From NCBI GenBank assembly GCA_963713045.1, contig CAVQKE010000003.1, positions 64,001-128,000 of the forward strand: a stretch of DNA of 64,000 nt, given 5' to 3'. Source of the DNA: an uncultured delta proteobacterium. Lineage in GTDB: Bacteria > Myxococcota > Myxococcia > Myxococcales > Myxococcaceae. Within the stretch, counting starts at the first letter, position 1; each line of letters opens with the position of its first letter. Made by a program: the position numbers and the translations under genes. Shown piece after piece: positions 61,901-64,000 of this stretch. The notes beneath the pieces were generated by a model, which had not been told where the DNA came from, ran no database searches, and saw nothing but the letters and a program-made list of their open reading frames with translations.

Positions 61901-63517
61901 ATGACCGACGACATTGCCATCGGCATCGACTTAGGCACCTCATACTCCTGCGTGGCGCTGGTGAAGGACGGCGTCCCCACCGTGCTCCCCAATGAATGGG
62001 GAGAGCTGACCCACGCCTCGGTGGTGTCCTTCTTGGAGGACGGCACGGTGCTGGTGGGGAACGCGGCGAAAAAAAACATCATCACCAACGCCGAGTCCAC
62101 CGTCTATTCCACCAAGCGCCTCATCGGACGCTACTTCTTCTCCGATGAGGTGAAGAAGGCGATGACGGTGATGCCGTACAAAATCGTCGAGGGCGAAAAC
62201 AACTCGGTGCGGCTTCAAGTCCGGGACAAGGTGTATTCGCTGCCCGAAATCTCCGCCCTGGTGCTGAAGGAGATGAAGGCCATCGCCGAGACGGCCCTCG
62301 GCCGTGCCGTCAGTCGGGCGGTCATCACCGTGCCCGCCTACTTCAACGACAACCAGCGTCAGGCCACCAAGGACGCCGGACGCATTGCCGGGCTGGACGT
62401 GCTGCGCATTCTGAACGAGCCGACCGCCGCGGCGCTGGCCTACGGGTTTGGCCGGGACGTCAACCAGCGGGTGGTCATCTACGACTTGGGCGGCGGCACG
62501 TTTGATGTGTCCATTCTGGAAATTGGCCGCGACGTCTTCGAGGTGTTGTCCACCGCCGGCGACACCTACCTCGGCGGGGATGACTTTGACGACCGCATCA
62601 TGAGCTGGCTGGCGGCGGACTTCCTCACCCGCACCCGGCTGGATTTGCGGGCCAACCGCTATTGCCTGCAGACGCTGAAGGAGGCGGCGGAGCAAGCCAA
62701 AATCGACGTTGGCAAAAACGGCACGGCACAAATCCTCTGCGAAGCCATCTGCCAGGACGCCAGTGGAAAGGTGCTCGACTTGCGCGAGACGCTGACCACG
62801 GAGCATTTCAACCGCATGGTGATGGACCTCGTGCAGCGCACCTTCAAAGTCTGTGACGAGGCGCTGCAGAGCGCTCGACTCACCGCGGCAGACGTCGACG
62901 CCGTCATCCTGGTGGGTGGGCCGACGCGGTTGCCCATTGTCCGCAACTCGGTGCGGCACTATTTCCAGAAGGACCCAATGGAGGGCGTGGACCCGGACCA
63001 GGTGGTGGCGATGGGGGCGGCACTCCAGGCGGCGGCGTTGCTGAATGAAAAGAGCGCCACCTTCCTGGTGGACGTGACGCCGCTGTCGTTGCGCATTGGG
63101 ACGGTGGGCGGCTTCGCCGAGAAAATCATTGAAAAGAATACGCCCATTCCCATTGACCGCAGCAAGACCTTCACCACCAGCCGGGACTTGCAGGAGAAGG
63201 TGAAAATCCGCGTCTACCAGGGCGAGTCCAACCGGGTGGACGAGTGCGAGATGCTGGGCGAATTCGAATTTTCCGGCTTTAAAGTCGGCTACCGCGGCGA
63301 CGTGAAGATTGAAGTCACCTTTGAAATCAACACCGACGGCATCGTCCACGTCTCGGCAGCCGACGTCGACACTGGCCAGAAGACGTCCACCACCATCTCG
63401 CTGTCCTCCGGACTGAGCGAGGCGGACATCCAGCGCTCCATCGCCGACAACCAGGCGACGCAGCTGCAGCACGGGGAAGCCAGCGTTGAGCACTTCCCGG
63501 AGTTGCCGAGCGCATAA
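61901..63517 (+). CDS. Hsp70/DnaK-family chaperone paralog (538 aa, lacking the alpha-helical lid)
   Basis: [46 protein letters not shown] and DVTPLSL. Confidence 0.93.
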   Translation: MTDDIAIGIDLGTSYSCVALVKDGVPTVLPNEWGELTHASVVSFLEDGTVLVGNAAKKNIITNAESTVYSTKRLIGRYFFSDEVKKAMTVMPYKIVEGENNSVRLQVRDKVYSLPEISALVLKEMKAIAETALGRAVSRAVITVPAYFNDNQRQATKDAGRIAGLDVLRILNEPTAAALAYGFGRDVNQRVVIYDLGGGTFDVSILEIGRDVFEVLSTAGDTYLGGDDFDDRIMSWLAADFLTRTRLDLRANRYCLQTLKEAAEQAKIDVGKNGTAQILCEAICQDASGKVLDLRETLTTEHFNRMVMDLVQRTFKVCDEALQSARLTAADVDAVILVGGPTRLPIVRNSVRHYFQKDPMEGVDPDQVVAMGAALQAAALLNEKSATFLVDVTPLSLRIGTVGGFAEKIIEKNTPIPIDRSKTFTTSRDLQEKVKIRVYQGESNRVDECEMLGEFEFSGFKVGYRGDVKIEVTFEINTDGIVHVSAADVDTGQKTSTTISLSSGLSEADIQRSIADNQATQLQHGEASVEHFPELPSA

Positions 63518-63534
63518 AGCGGCTAGAGCGGGCC

Positions 63535-64000
63535 ATGGCGGACTCCAAGGACAAGGGCGAAGAGGGCAAGCCGCCGGGACCGGCGGTCCCGGCCATCCCC
63601 CGGCTGACGCCGGCTGTCCCGGAACCGGTGGACCCTCGCGCCCCTCCGGCGCGCCCGCCGCTGGCCGGCGTCACCACGCCGCCCCCGTCGTTGCCCCCAG
63701 TGCCCCTGGTTCCCAAGATGGCACCCCTGATGCCCCCGGTTGCACCGCGCGCTGCGCGCGGCACCCCCACCACCAGCACCGCCGTGCCGGTGGTGGCCCC
63801 CCAGCGTCCGGCAGCGACTGCCCCCGCCGTGCCCCCGGTGGCGCCGGTGCTGGCAGCAGCGCCCGCGGCCAAGACGACCCCGGCGCCGCTGGCCGACGCG
63901 GACGCAGAGTTGGAGCGCCTCTTCCATGCCCTGGACGAACTGGACTACTTCGAAGTGATGGGCCTTCCGTCCACGGCAGCCCCGGGGGACATCAAGCGCG
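63535..64000 (+). CDS. Pro/Ala-rich J-domain protein, partial (runs off the window)
   Basis: Open frame from ATG 63535 ending LDELDYFEVMGLPSTAAPGDIKR, the start of a J-domain. Adjacent to Hsp70. Confidence 0.75.
   Translation, partial: MADSKDKGEEGKPPGPAVPAIPRLTPAVPEPVDPRAPPARPPLAGVTTPPPSLPPVPLVPKMAPLMPPVAPRAARGTPTTSTAVPVVAPQRPAATAPAVPPVAPVLAAAPAAKTTPAPLADADAELERLFHALDELDYFEVMGLPSTAAPGDIKR

Noticed and set aside
38232..64000. Long alternative ORFs (e.g. 51651-53846 -, 55419-57287 -, 57131-59128 -, 61940-63493 -, 45099-46709 +)
   Set aside because: These are antisense or off-frame shadows of well-supported genes, expected at about 70% GC, and show no motifs.

Overview
The window looks like two unrelated genomic segments joined at about 38.1-38.2 kb. 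The left segment (1-38.1 kb) has moderate GC (about 55-60% in two spot counts near its right end, visibly higher in the RND genes), many GATC sites, Acidobacteria-like genes and many frameshifts that look like long-read indel errors. It carries the end of a GH63-type glucosidase, a secreted Cx5R phosphatase, a DUF4091 protein and a CzcCBA-type RND efflux system. It also carries a ~17 kb minus-strand Wzx/Wzy polysaccharide operon led by a NusG/UpxY-type antiterminator, then PPK2, a secreted kinase-fold protein, envelope/stress genes, a DUF3300/DUF2950 pair and a DUF4118-PAS sensor. The most striking feature is the end of the polysaccharide operon: deacetylase - comA (phosphosulfolactate synthase) - comB (phosphosulfolactate phosphatase) - ATP-grasp ligase, with no other coenzyme M genes. 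This suggests a sulfolactate-decorated (sulfonated) surface polysaccharide. The right segment (38.2-64 kb) is roughly 70% GC, has no GATC that I could find by eye, has mostly intact ORFs and looks like a Myxococcota core region. It carries a rhomboid, YhaM-like HD protein, MshEN/HD-GYP-like protein, holB-holA-ECF-metG-tatD, MscS-cNMP, moaB, PolX, Ser/Thr kinase-FHA, a myxosortase-like CPBP protease, a lidless Hsp70 and a J-protein. I found no rRNA, tRNA, CRISPR array or IS element. All family calls come from motif recognition by eye, not database searches, and boundaries of frameshifted genes are approximate.
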